A stretch of 64,000 nucleotides of DNA from Octopus sinensis (lineage: Eukaryota): the NCBI RefSeq assembly GCF_006345805.1, contig NC_043006.1:68386001-68450000 (forward strand), in the 5' to 3' direction. This document shows positions 52,065 through 64,000 of this stretch, piece after piece. The notes below the pieces were generated by a model, which saw nothing but the letters and a program-made list of their open reading frames with translations, did no database searches and was not told the DNA's origin. The position numbers and the translations under genes were made by a program. Position 1 is the first letter of the stretch. The number at the start of each line of letters is the position of its first letter.

Positions 52065-52589
52065 TATGTACACATACAAAAATGTAAAACAACTAAATGA
52101 AAGTTTGGTACAAGCTGCCAAGCCATACTCACTTGCGAGTGATGGCTAAGTGAATGTGTGCATGAGTGTGTATGTGTGTGTGTGTGCATATGTATATACA
52201 CATACAAACACATGTATATCATCATTTAATATCCATGTTCCATGTTGGCATGAGTTGAAAACAGCTTGACCGAATCCAATGGTTTCAAGGACTGCATTGT
52301 GCTCCGGTGTCCATTTGGCATGGTTTCTGCAGCTGGATTCCCTTCCTAACAGCAACCACTGTACAGCATGCATTAAATGCTTCTTTTTTTTTTTTTTGTT
52401 TTTTTGTCAGCAACTGTCACTAGCAAAGTTGCTATGCAAGCTCACATGACTACAAAACCCTTCCTGTGCTTTTTTTGTTCTTTTTTTCTTTCCCCGTTTT
52501 GTACTGTTATTTGATTTGTCACTTCAACCTTCACCTGAGGCTGTTAAAAAAATTAAAGGTCCCCTAGTGTCAAAACAGGCTATATATAT

Positions 52590-52825
52590 CAGTAGTTCTC
52601 AATTATGTTTTGCCTATGGACTGCCTTGATTTTTATTTTACTTTACTGGAACCCCATGATGTTTAACAAAATCCTATTATATTTCTATACTTAAATTAAA
52701 TATTATTAGGAATTGTATTAAGAATTCTTAAAATATTCTGTGTCTGATTTAATGCACACAATTTTTAACAGCAAAATCATACATAGACCCTCAAGGGTCA
52801 TATGGGCTCCAATTGAGAACCCCTG
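52590..52825. mobile_element. hAT-like MITE, same family as 27897
   Basis: CAGTAGTTCTCAA ... TTGAGAACCCCTG; internal atggac..cc.ttgatt and ggccatatgg-like blocks shared with the 27897 copy. Confidence 0.65.
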
Positions 52826-52854
52826 CTAAATATATATATATATATATATATCAT

Positions 52855-53210
52855 CATCATCGTTTAATGTTTGTTTTCCATGCTAGCATGGGTTGGACGG
52901 TTCAACCGGGGTCTGGGAAGCCAGGAGGCTACACCAGGCTCTAGTCTGATCTGGCAGTGCTTCCACAGCTCGATGCCCTTCCCAAAGCCAACCACTCCGT
53001 GAGTGTAGAGGATGCATTTTATGTGCCAGCGGCACAGGGGCCAGAGGAGGCTGGCAATGTCCACGATTGGTTGGTGCTTTTTACGTGCCACTGGCATGGA
53101 TGCCAGTCAAGGCGGCGCTTGCACTGGCCATGTTTGGATGGTGTTTTTTACGTGCCACCGGCAACGGGTATCACAACTACAATTTCCATTTGATTTTTAT
53201 TCTGATGTTG
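52855..53210 (+). mobile_element. (ATC)n-associated dispersed repeat, family D (longest copy)
   Basis: catcatcatcgtttaa..ttttccatgctagcatgggttggacgg...ctgatctggcag...gatgcccttcc...gccaaccactccg. Other copies at about 6540-6800, 8290-8655, 17270-17360, 25530-25760, 30740-30865, 35720-35880, 37190-37420, 42625-42800, 52215-52450 and 56980-57150. A (GAT)n tail on the opposite strand suggests retroposition (inference). Confidence 0.75.
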
Positions 53211-53339
53211 ATATATATATATATATATCTTGGCCTGCTTGCTTAGCCAGTGGGGTGGCGTCATTTGAAAGCTAACACAATGCAAAGCGCATTGTGACCA
53301 GCGATGTGTAGCAACATCTGATAGCCTGGTCGGTCACGG

Positions 53340-53389
<50 letters not shown>

Positions 53390-53891
53390 TTAGCAGAAGA
53401 TATGGATCTACATTTATTTGTTCATAACTTTTCTGAAGTCTTCCTGTCACTAACTACCACAACCACCAAATCTGATGCAACCCAAATCCTGTCCCCGCCA
53501 TCCCCATTCCACCCCCACTACCCCCTCCTCTCTTTCCAAACTTGCTGCAACCACCACCCACAGTACTATCACTCCCACCACCACATCATGTTTTTCTTTG
53601 ATCTAACTTTATTGTGAATACAAACACTCCCACCCACTCATTGTAGTTTGTTTAAGCATTGTTCAGTGTTGTGATGGGTCAGACAGGTTTTTTTTAGCAA
53701 CAAACCACCACAGGTTCTGATTTTCAGGTCAGGTGTCTTTGATTTAATCCCCTCTATCCCACAACACACCCACTATATATTTTCTAGACACCCTAACTAA
53801 CTTCCTCACCTTTAACAATTCAACACTCATGGCTTTAATGTGACCAACATTTTCAACAGTTTTCTAATAAATAAAGACCACAGGTATAACA

Positions 53892-53940
<49 letters not shown>

Positions 53941-53964
53941 CATACACACACACACACACATACA

Positions 53965-54290
53965 TAGATGTGGCTGTGTGGTAAGAAATTTGCTTCCCAG
54001 CTACATGGTCCTGGGTTCAGTTCCTAATATAGTCTTGAGCTGACCAAAGCCTTGTGAGTGGGTTTAGTTGACAGAAACTGAAAGAAGCCCATTGTGTATG
54101 TGTGAGTGTGTGTGGGCATGTCTTTGTTTGCGTTTGTCCCCCACCACTGAATGACAACAGAGACCGACAGTTTAAGTAAAAGGCTTAATAAAAAAAAAAT
54201 TAAGTAATGGTGTCCATTCAGTTAGCCAAAAATTAAAGATACTGCTCCACCATGGCCACAGTTTAATGACTGAAACAACTAAAAGATAAA
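53965..54290 (+). mobile_element. SINE family A, diverged
   Basis: gatgtggctgtgtggtaagaaatttgcttccc...gactgaaacaactaaaagataaaaga. Confidence 0.7.
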
Positions 54291-54893
54291 AGATATATTT
54301 ATATACATAATATGTATGTATATACATGTGTGAGTGTGTGTTTACATACATACATGCACACACACATATATATATATACATGATACCATACACTATGCTA
54401 TAAACATCATAGATGATATTCTCAACAAATGTTGTTATAATTATGAACACAAAATAGAACTAAACTATGTTAGACACTGAATACGCTCATCATAATTAAC
54501 ATGTAATTAAACCTAATAATCAGCCTTGATTTGTTACTTTTTACACTATTGCAGGGTCTTTACTTCAAGATGACGTGAAAGACTCTTAATAAGTATTGGG
54601 GTCAATGTAATAGACTAACCCACTACATGAACATTTCAGGCGTTTTGCCTACAGTACAAAGAATTATAATTATTAGTATTTAAGGTGGCAAGGTGGCAGA
54701 ATCATTAGCATGTCAGACAAAATTCTTAGTGGTATTTTGTCCGATTTTTATGTTCTGAGTTCAAATCCTGCTGAGGTTGACTTTGTCTTTTATTCTTTTG
54801 GGGTCCATAAAATAAGTACCAACTGAGCACTGGGGTTGATGTAATTGACTTACCCACTTCCCAGAAATTTCAGGCCGTCTGCCTATAGTAGAA

Positions 54894-54934
<41 letters not shown>

Positions 54935-55149
54935 GTTGGACGAAATGCTTAGCAGTATTTTTCCCGTCATTGCATTTTGAGTTTAAATTCCACTGAGGTT
55001 GACTTTGCCTTTCATCCTTTTGGGGTCGATAAATTAAATACCAGTTGAACCCTGGGATTGATGTAATCGACTCAGCCCCACCTCTCCCAAGCTGCCCTTT
55101 TGGCAAAAATTTGAAATAATAATAATAATTATTATTATTATAGTGCAAC

Positions 55150-56330
55150 TGCACTTTAAGTCAACTTTTGGTCTGCTTGTCTTAGTTTAAAAAATTCTTC
55201 ATTTTATCCATGAATTCACTCAATTCTCAACAGAACCTACTTCCTGTTTGTGAAGAAAAAAGTAGCATAATTTATCACCACACACTGCTTTCTCTGTTTA
55301 TCAAACGATTTCAGTCATAGACAGCATGGTTGGGTGGTAAAAGAGGGTGGACAGGAGAGAAATTAACCCTTTCTGACATGTATTGGCAGTTGATTCTATA
55401 AAACACACCAGTTCTGAACTTTTTAGTAACGAACACTAGTATAGTAAATTTTAACACTAGTATAGTAAATAATAAGTCCAGAGCAGAATCTAGAATGTCC
55501 CCAAATTTCACACTGAATAAACTCATGACCTCTGACCTCTGACATAAATATTTCAATACTACTTCCTGTGAGTCACTTATCTTCACCTAATCTCCCTCTG
55601 AACTCAATCATGTAGGTTCATGCAAAATATATTGCCCAGTTCAATACAATTAATTCACTGTTATTAATCTCTAATCAGTTATTTCTTAGTACCTTATAAT
55701 TAACACCAATAGCAAACCAACAACTTGGTATCATTGTGGTGAACAACCTAACAATTTTACTGACATTTTCCATAGAAAGTATTATGTTATGGATAAACTA
55801 ACACCAACCAATGGTGTCATTTATTCTTGAACAAATAGAGGAATAATTACAAGAGCTATTGGTTTGTTAATTAAGGACACAGCGAGAAGAATAATTACGA
55901 GAGCTACCAATTCCTTTATTAGGAGGAGAGAGGAGTACAACATTTCATCCAGTTTCCTCACCAACAAGTCGAGATGTTAGTTGACATTAAAAAAACAAAA
56001 CAAGAAAGGAGTTAATCATTCAGAGACGCCATGAATAAACAATAGTTAAGTCAACGTTAACATGCTTAATGTGGCGAACTTTAGTTAAACTTAATCAGAA
56101 ATAATTAGACTAATGATTATTATTCAAAATCATTTCAGTATATATGGGAGAAAACTATGGACATGTTTCAGCTTTATTAGACCTTTTCATAAATATGCTA
56201 ACAATTATTTTTGTTTTTCATGCAAATGTCTTCAAAAAATAAGGAACAACATCATCATTTAAAATCCCATTGGACAATTTAATAATAACTATGCAAATTG
56301 TGATGGTCATCGCTAGAGTGGCTTTACTAA
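55150..56330. promoter_or_regulatory. Candidate intronic enhancer (repeat-free island with clustered motifs)
   Basis: DR1 TGACCT-C-TGACCT at 55526-55538; ACTTCCTG-TGAGTCA-CTTATC at 55561-55581; second ACTTCCTG at 55239-55246. Motif matches only. Confidence 0.4.
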
Positions 56331-56649
56331 TAGGTATGTTTAATCATGCTTGGCCATAAGCAACACACCCTGGAACCAAAACTTAACATCCATATTATTA
56401 TCACCAATATTATAATCGCCAACATTATCATCAATACCAACCTTATTGTCACCAACACTATTGCCAGCAACATTATCACCTTCACCATTATCATTACCAT
56501 CATCAACACTAACATCATCAAAGATGGTCGATCTCAAAAGACCAGTAGACATAATTGCTGTATAGTTTATGCAGCTTTATGTTCAAAGTTCAAATCTTGT
56601 CTAATTCAAATTTACCTGTCATCCTTCTGAGGTTGTCAAAATAAAGTAT

Positions 56650-57290
56650 GTATGGTAGACAGTAGAAAGAGTATAACATGTCCAGATTACTAAATTGTAC
56701 TCTATACCAATTACCACTGTCATATATACTGTGAACATGGAAAAGAGTACATGTCTAAATTGTCACACTGTACTCTGCATCAACAACTACGCACAGTAGA
56801 CAGTAGAAAAGAGTACAACATTTCTAGATACCAGTAACCACTATTTTTTTTTATCAGTAGGCATGCAGATTCCTCTGCAGGAACCTGCTCTGCACCCCTT
56901 CCCTCAGAGTAATCCCCTTGTCCCCTAGCATGAAGCTGACCACTCACCATCTACTCCAGGGCTCATAGTCCTGTGAACTGCAAGGTGACACCCAGTCCAT
57001 GTTGTAAAAAGGCTCGTGTTAAGAAGGGCACCTAGCCATATAAAAACAAGCCAAATCTGACACTGGTGCTCAATGTTGTTCTTGGACACAGCAGTTCCTA
57101 TCAAACTGTCCAACCCATGCCAGCAAGGGACACAGATGTTAGATGATGATATGTACAATAGACAGTGAAGAGAATACATGTCCAAACTGCCACACAGTAG
57201 TCTATACCAATAACACAGTAGAAAGAGCACAATATGTCCAAATTGTCATACTGTACTCCATACCATTAACAACTGTAATATGTGAAGTAT
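56650..57290. repeat. Diverged 60-70-bp tandem repeat split by an inserted segment
   Basis: agacagtagaaagagta.aacatgtcca.att....a.tgtactct..acca units at about 56650-56840 and 57160-57290. Confidence 0.65.
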
Positions 57291-59299
57291 AGTCCTTAAG
57301 TAGGAGCAAGTATGGTATATGGAGGGAAGTTTTTTTTTTGGGGGGGGGGGTTCTGTCTAGTTGCTTGGCTACCATAATCATTTGGTGGTGGAGACAGTGG
57401 GTATAAGGATGGTGGGGTTTTGACAGTGATATTCTGGATAATGTGAATGCACAAAAGTCAAAGACACAGCCAGAAGCTTCTCCATTCCTTGACTGAAATC
57501 AGTTCAAGCTGGAGTGACATGTCTGGCCAAGCTGGAGCTGTCTGTCCAACCAAGTCAAAATAATGACTACTTAAGAATGGAGAGAGTCACAGACATCCAG
57601 AGGAGACAGATCATATAAAGAGGTAACAATCTGTATCCTAAAACTGCATGCTTCACTCATTGGAATATTGTTACAAGAAGGTTTAAAGTTCAAACCTGGC
57701 CATTAGCACATCAGTATTTGTTGTTTAATCCCAGGTGAGCACTGATTAAGCACACCTATGATCATAGGCATTCTAGCCATGACCATCATGTTGCAGTTTA
57801 TTCAGATATACTCTACATCTACATCACATCCAATGTGTCAGTCTATCATTAAAGAGAGTAGTGTGTGATCCAAGGGAGATTTCACTGCTATTCTTAGCAG
57901 ATTCAGTGACCATACATAGCAGCTCCCTCATTGTTGGTTGATGTTACATGTCTTTATGTAAGGCATATATTCGTCTCTCTCCTTCTCAATGACGACAATG
58001 ATAAATATACCTACTACAAGGTTCGGTGTACTGTTATGGAGAGGAAAAGGGATCAGTTAGATGAGAAACCCTGATTTAGATGTAAATAGAAACATTTGTA
58101 GAACTCTCACACCTATGTAAAACTCATTTAAAAAACATAACATATCCCTTAAATTGACCCCTTTGCAACATCAATGAAACTGACCCCTATGAAACATCAA
58201 ATATTTAATAAAGGAGTACAGAAACTGACCCTTTCTGTGACATCCACTATTCATCAAAGGGATACTGGATCTGACCCACCCCACCTTCTGTAATCTAGGA
58301 AGAAAGTTCAAATCTAAACTATATACAACATTGACTTGTGATCTTATCACACACGCATACAGAAAGAGAACACCTGTTTACAAGCATACACAGGGAAAGG
58401 AGGTCCAGCTTAACACATGGTACACACACACTAAATCAAGCACACTGCCATACACTTTGATGTATATATATACACACACACACACTCTGTGACTAATACA
58501 TTCCATAAACTTCCACAGCCAACAGTCAGGGTATCTGGATCCTCAGCCAGGGTTTATTATAAAAGAACATCATGAATGCAATAGCAACATTATTATTATT
58601 ATTATTATAGCCAATGAGGGTTATCCGAGGCGTGGTTATTGCTAGTTGAAAATTATTATTATTATTATTATTATTATTAGTAGTAGTAGTAGTAGTAATA
58701 ATTTCTGATTGAGGCACACAAGCCACAGTACTTGGCTGGTACAGTATTTCAGCTACATTCCTACCACCACCCCGGGAAAGATGAAAGGCATGTCAATAGG
58801 GTGGGAATACACAGGATACCTGTAGTTAATTTAAATGTAATACTAGTCAAGAGTTTCATGTGAAATAGCAGGTGAAGGGGAGTAGAAGGGTGAATGTTTG
58901 AAAGGATTGGGAAAATGGAAAAAAGTGTCGGGTTCTTTTCTCTTACTAATTTCTTCACATCCCATGTACTGAAGCAGGATATATAAACTGTGTCTCACTC
59001 CCATACATATATAGATTTCACATTTTGGCACAAGGCCAGCAATTTTGGGAGACGGGCTACTTTGATTACATTGAACCCAGTCAGCAATTGGTACTTATTT
59101 TATCGAATGATGGAAGACAAAGCTGATCTCGGAGGAATTTGAACTAAATCCTCTGGTTAGAACAACTGGTGCATTCCTCATATTCCTCCCGCCCACCCAT
59201 CTGCTGTTATAAGAACAGCATCTTGCTTTAGACCAATAAAAAAAAAATTGCCAATGTTGGTTAAACCCCCACCATCATCACCAGCCCAAAAAACTGTAT

Positions 59300-59560
59300 G
59301 ATTACAAGTTTGGATGGGGTGTGAGGGATGCAGAGAAGAATGTTTTTGCTGTTGTCAAGTATAATGCAGTAGATATATGATTAAAGACCTTCCAGATGTG
59401 ATTCAACAGATGTGATCTGTGAACCAACAGACGTGATAAAAAGCAGTCCAGATTTAATCCAACAGACCTGTGGTCAGAGACAATCCAAATGTGACCGGTT
59501 ATCCAAGACACTCAAAATGTGACCAATGAGTCTCACTTTCAGAGACAATGTAGTTTTCAA
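59300..59560 (+). mobile_element. Tc1-like transposase remnant
   Basis: agtccagatttaatcc...ctgtggtca (SPDL.P...LWS, 59445-59476) lies about 34 codons after a degenerate QDNA (caagtataatgca, 59356-59368), consistent with DD34E spacing. Frameshifted. Confidence 0.55.
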
Positions 59561-60349
59561 GAACAAATTATTCAACATGTCCCTCCTTTTCAAGATATTA
59601 GTGAATAATATGAAGGATAAACCTGCTCCTTTTCCAGCAGGTAGGTCAATCACATAGAGCAAACATGAGTAATCTTTTTTGAGAAGAGGGCCACATGAGA
59701 TGTGGCTCATCATCAGATGGACCACACAGCTAAAAATTCAAAGTAAATTTTCATCATGTGTGCCATTCAGAAACAGTGGGCTGCAGTTTGCCTACAGCTG
59801 ATATGAAGCATCTTTGTTGACTTATGACATAATGCCATGCTGTAGTTTAAAACCCAGGTCAGCCCTGCTTCAGACATACAATCAACCACATTCAAAATGT
59901 GACCATTCTTCCTATTTGTATATTGTTGTCTTGTAGTTCAACATTCTTGGTAGTGGCAATGTACTTGACATGTATAGTGATAGCTGTTCTACAATTATTG
60001 TTTAACCCTAGGTCAGTCCTAGTCGAGCAGGTTTATGGTTAAAATAATTGCATCTGTGACCATCTTGCCCTTTTTAGAGATAAGACTCCATTATCTAATG
60101 TGTTGATTCCTACAGTAGGGAGTGATGTGATTTTAGGGACATTTGGCTGCTATTTCAAACAGAACATCACAAAAAGAAGACATGTTGGATAATGAAGTCC
60201 TAGTTAACCATAAGAAAATATGGAAGTCATGACTGGATTGTCTTTAATCATAGGTCTGCTTAATCAAAACTGAACTAGGATTAAATAACTAGAAAAAAAT
60301 GTAAGTCCTAATATCTAAATTACACAAAATTATAATTAGAATGTGTATA

Positions 60350-61263
60350 ATTGTGTGTGTGTAGTCCAGAACAACACTGCCCCGCCCCCATCACTACTCA
60401 AGTGTCGACATAAAACACACTGAACAGGTGCGACTCGGTGCGTCCCGCTAACAAACAGCAACAGGCTGACCAAACTCCCTGAATAGTAGTTTTTCACAGG
60501 TGAGCACTTCCAAACAAGCAATATTTTCACTTGTCCTAGCTCTGTGGATGCGTGATAATTGCAAATAGCTATAGACACACAAAACACACTCACGGCTATA
60601 TATATTACACCAATAAATTGACTTTATACCTTCCAGTAACTACCCCACCAATATATATATATATGTGTGTGTGTTACACATCTTAATACATTTACAATTT
60701 GTTACGCCTGTACAACTCTAGTGTGTATAGAAGATAAACTAGTTACTGAGTATAGACACATTTATTCAAACAAGACACATAAACATATGTATGTATACAC
60801 AGCTTGATTATTGCTGACACATTACAATACTTTTTTCGCGTATACAATGCACACATACGCGTGTGTATGTGTGTGTGTATACACACATACATCCCACTAA
60901 CAACGGGATTTATCACCAACCGACGAAGAAGCCTCTGTAGGATGATCCGAACTGCTAGAAACAACAATCAAATATCTCTTAAAATAAAACCCAGTAAGGA
61001 CACAACTATGGACATACTTCTATAACAACGGGACGGTCATGACTGGAATGCTTTTGATCAAAGGCCTGCTTGATTACGGCTGACCAGGGACTAAAAAATT
61101 TACCCGCTCAATATATCAGAACAAAAGATTTTGTAAAATGCTTTTGTACATTGATATATTTATTATATAGGTATATTTGTTATACATACATTCGTTACAA
61201 GAGTGTATATACACATAGATAAAACACAAACGCACATGCACACAACAGTATGAGTGTTGTCGT

Positions 61264-61304
<41 letters not shown>

Positions 61305-61610
61305 CCACCACATTCCAACACAGACAGAAAGAGGCGGTATCAGAAATGTTGTCGTCTGGAGGGAGATGACGCGAAGAAACGGTTGTCAAATTCAGGGTGA
61401 GAAAAGCAAAAGACAAACCTACCTTTTAAAACAATAACCACCCGTTAGGGTGGCGCCACACTGGATACCCTTCCCCAGGTAAATATCACACGGGAGTTAT
61501 GTAACCACTGAAATCTTAATAATTCCAAAGGCATGGCATTAGATACGCGAGTTCAATATCCAGTTGTTGTACAGTCGTCCGGACAGTTAATCCTCGTCCT
61601 ATGTGCGTGT
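60350..61610. promoter_or_regulatory. CpG-retaining region, candidate alternative promoter or first exon
   Basis: GC-box GCCCCGCCCCC at 60379-60389; CpG clusters at 60400-60560 and 61330-61610; minus-strand donor AAG|GTAGGT at 61423/61422. Confidence 0.35.
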
Positions 61611-62782
61611 ATGTGTGCGTATGTATATAATGTGTTTGTGTATGTACATAAATATGTGTGTGTATGTGTAGTCTGTAGTACACGTGTGTCTGCTGGTTAC
61701 CCTACAGCACCAGGTACTTGCTGTACAGCTAACCTAGCCAGCAGTCAAACGTGCTATAAAGTATTATAATACTTAATAATAAACTGAGAAAGGGAAGGAG
61801 TTGTGTCTTTGATTTTCGTACAACCCTTCTTTCTCTCTCCCTCTTCTTTCATTAGTTTCTATATGTCTCTGTCTCCTCCTTTACATGTTTACTCTTCTCT
61901 CACTCCACACCACCCTCTCCTCATGTATCCTGTTGCTCTCTTTCTCTCTCACTACTTCTTTCTACGTCCCTGCCGACAATACCTACCACTACTCCTCCGT
62001 CACATATCTCAACATTTCCTCCTCAGTTCACACGGTCGTCACAGACACCACCACCACCTCCTCCTCCCCATCTTTCATACACCACTCACTCCGGCAGCTA
62101 AGAATGTTTTACTCAATGTCTGTGTGTGTGTGTATGTGTATATGTATACATACAGGCATATGTGTGTGCAACTGTGAACAGGAATTTGAGTGCGTGTTGT
62201 GACTATACAGTGGAAATGTGTGACAGTATTTCAACACATACACACATACTGTTGTTACGCCTCCCAGCCCTACCTGATCGCAGTATATTATACAATGTGT
62301 ATGTCTATTTTAGTGTGAGTGTGTGTGCGTGCGTATGTGTCTGTTTGTTTGTGTAGGAATGTTTGTAATGGTGATGTACGTAATAATCCATCTACTTGTA
62401 TAATTATATATGTATGTGACTATATGTGTGTGCCTGTCTTGATCCAAAAAAGCTATGATCAAAGACAGCCCAATTATGACCACCCTTGAAAACTTCATCA
62501 TATGCGCCCTCTCTTTAAAAAGAGATTTGGCTGCTATTTCTAGCACATCGAGCAAATTTGTAGAAAAACCCTCTAGAGCTATGGAGTTGGGTGTGGTATA
62601 TTTTTAACTGAGTGACCCACCTTAGTAATCACGGGGGTCAAAGATCAGGTACATATCCCTTACTTGACTAGTTCTTAATAGAAAATGATTTGCCCTGATA
62701 ATTCCTGCTTATGGGGACATTTCTAAGAATCATGAATAAGAATTAGTGACAGTACCTTCTTTGATGCAATAATTGGTAGCAT

Positions 62783-63610
62783 TCTTTTATTTGTTTCAGT
62801 CATTTGACTGCGACCACGCTGGAGCACTGCCTTTAGTCAAACAAATCAACCCCCAGGACTTATGCTTTGTTAGCCTAGTACTTATTCTATTGATCTCTTT
62901 TGCCGAACCAATACATTGCGGGGATGTAAACACATAAACATCGGTTGTCAAGCAATGGTGGGGGAGACAGACACACAAACATAAACACACACACATATGA
63001 TGGGCTTCTTTCAGTTTCTATCTAGCAAATCCACTCACAAGGCTTTGGTCAGCCTGAGGCTATAGTAGATGACACTTGTCCAAGGTGCCACATAGTGGGA
63101 TTGAACCCGGAACCATGTGGTTGGTAAGCAAGCCACTTACCACATAGATTATACATTCATAGCTAATCATCAATCTGTCTATCTATCCATCCAACCACAC
63201 TCAAAGAATACTCAATACTGGATCTTTTATCTTTTACTTCTTTCAGTCATTAGACTACGGTCATGCTGGGGCACTGCCTTGAAAACTTTTTAGTCAAATG
63301 AATCAGTTCTAATACTTATTTTATTTCTTTTAAAGCCTAGTACTACTGGTCTCTTCTGCAGAACCGTTAAGGTAGGGAGACACAAACATACCAACACAGG
63401 TTGTCAAGTGATAGTGAGGATAAACACAGACACACACACACATATATGATGGGTTTCTTTCAATTTCCATCTACCAAATCCACTCACAAGGCTTTGGTTG
63501 GCTTGAGGCTATAGTAGAAGATACTCGCTCAAGGAGCCACACAGTGAGACTGAACCCAGAACCATGTGGCTGAGAAGCAAGCTTCTTACCACACAGCCAC
63601 GTCTGTGCCT
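62783..63610 (-). mobile_element. Two tandem SINE family A copies (about 62783-63145 and 63230-63610)
   Basis: Both show the reverse family A body (ttgtttcagtcatttgactgc...ccaaatccactcacaaggctttgg...aaccatgtgg...cttaccacac). Confidence 0.82.
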
Positions 63611-63713
63611 ATAGTGAAGATTAGTAATATTTTTATTTTGTTTGAGTCAGTTTCTAGCTACTCTAGAAACTGACTCAAGATACTTTTTAGAATATTAGGT
63701 AATAATAGTTGAA

Positions 63714-63760
<47 letters not shown>

Positions 63761-64000
63761 ATATTATATATATATATATATAAAATAAAATATTAGGGAA
63801 TAAATCCAAACTTACAGGGGAAAATCAGATTTAGGATTGAATCCAATTATATAGTAAAATATATTATATTAAATTAGAGATAAAACCACTATTAGGCAAA
63901 TCATACAATGAAAAACTTAAGCCAATACATAATATTAATTAATTTATATTATTTAAATATATATCAAAATTATTAAAAAAGATAATTAATATAACACTAC

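Noticed and set aside
56327-56630. D/N/G-rich 70-aa ORF and overlapping I/T-rich ORFs
   Set aside because: Degenerate trinucleotide (ATC/ACC/AAC) repeat open in several frames; no convincing splice sites.
24602-64000. Exon encoding the N-terminal PDZ strands (GFGFTLRHFIVYPP-like)
   Set aside because: Looked for by eye on the minus strand and not found; probably lies beyond the window end.

Overview
AT-rich eukaryotic genomic DNA, dense in microsatellites and SINEs. The repeat repertoire ((TA)n/(CA)n/(ATC)n tracts, several tRNA-derived SINE families, TTAA- and hAT-type MITEs) resembles coleoid cephalopod, probably Octopus, sequence; the taxon is an inference. The whole window appears to be the 5' part of one large minus-strand gene encoding an ARHGAP21/ARHGAP23-type RhoGAP. 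Three well-supported exons lie at 313-4695 and encode the C-terminal part of the PDZ domain plus a long Ser/Thr-rich linker. A 37-nt PDZ-loop exon lies at 24.6 kb, and candidate micro-exons lie at 48.8 kb and 14.7 kb. I did not find the exon encoding the N-terminal PDZ strands (GFGFTLRHFIVYPP-type) or the PH/GAP exons, so they probably lie outside the window. The rest is intron filled with SINEs, MITEs, LINE and Tc1 remnants, minisatellites and local duplications. Nearly all other ORFs in the track are repeat-derived or antisense noise. Most striking observations: (1) a near-perfect 419-bp-arm palindrome at 49197-50046 whose loop copies an adjacent tandem repeat; (2) a phase-compatible set of candidate alternative PDZ-loop micro-exons; (3) a 431-bp tandem duplication carrying an internal hairpin; (4) a repeat-free island with a DR1 element and back-to-back ETS/AP-1/GATA motifs. 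No prokaryotic-type system, CRISPR array or intact transposase was found. SINE and minisatellite boundaries are approximate. Exon, TSD and palindrome coordinates were counted by hand.
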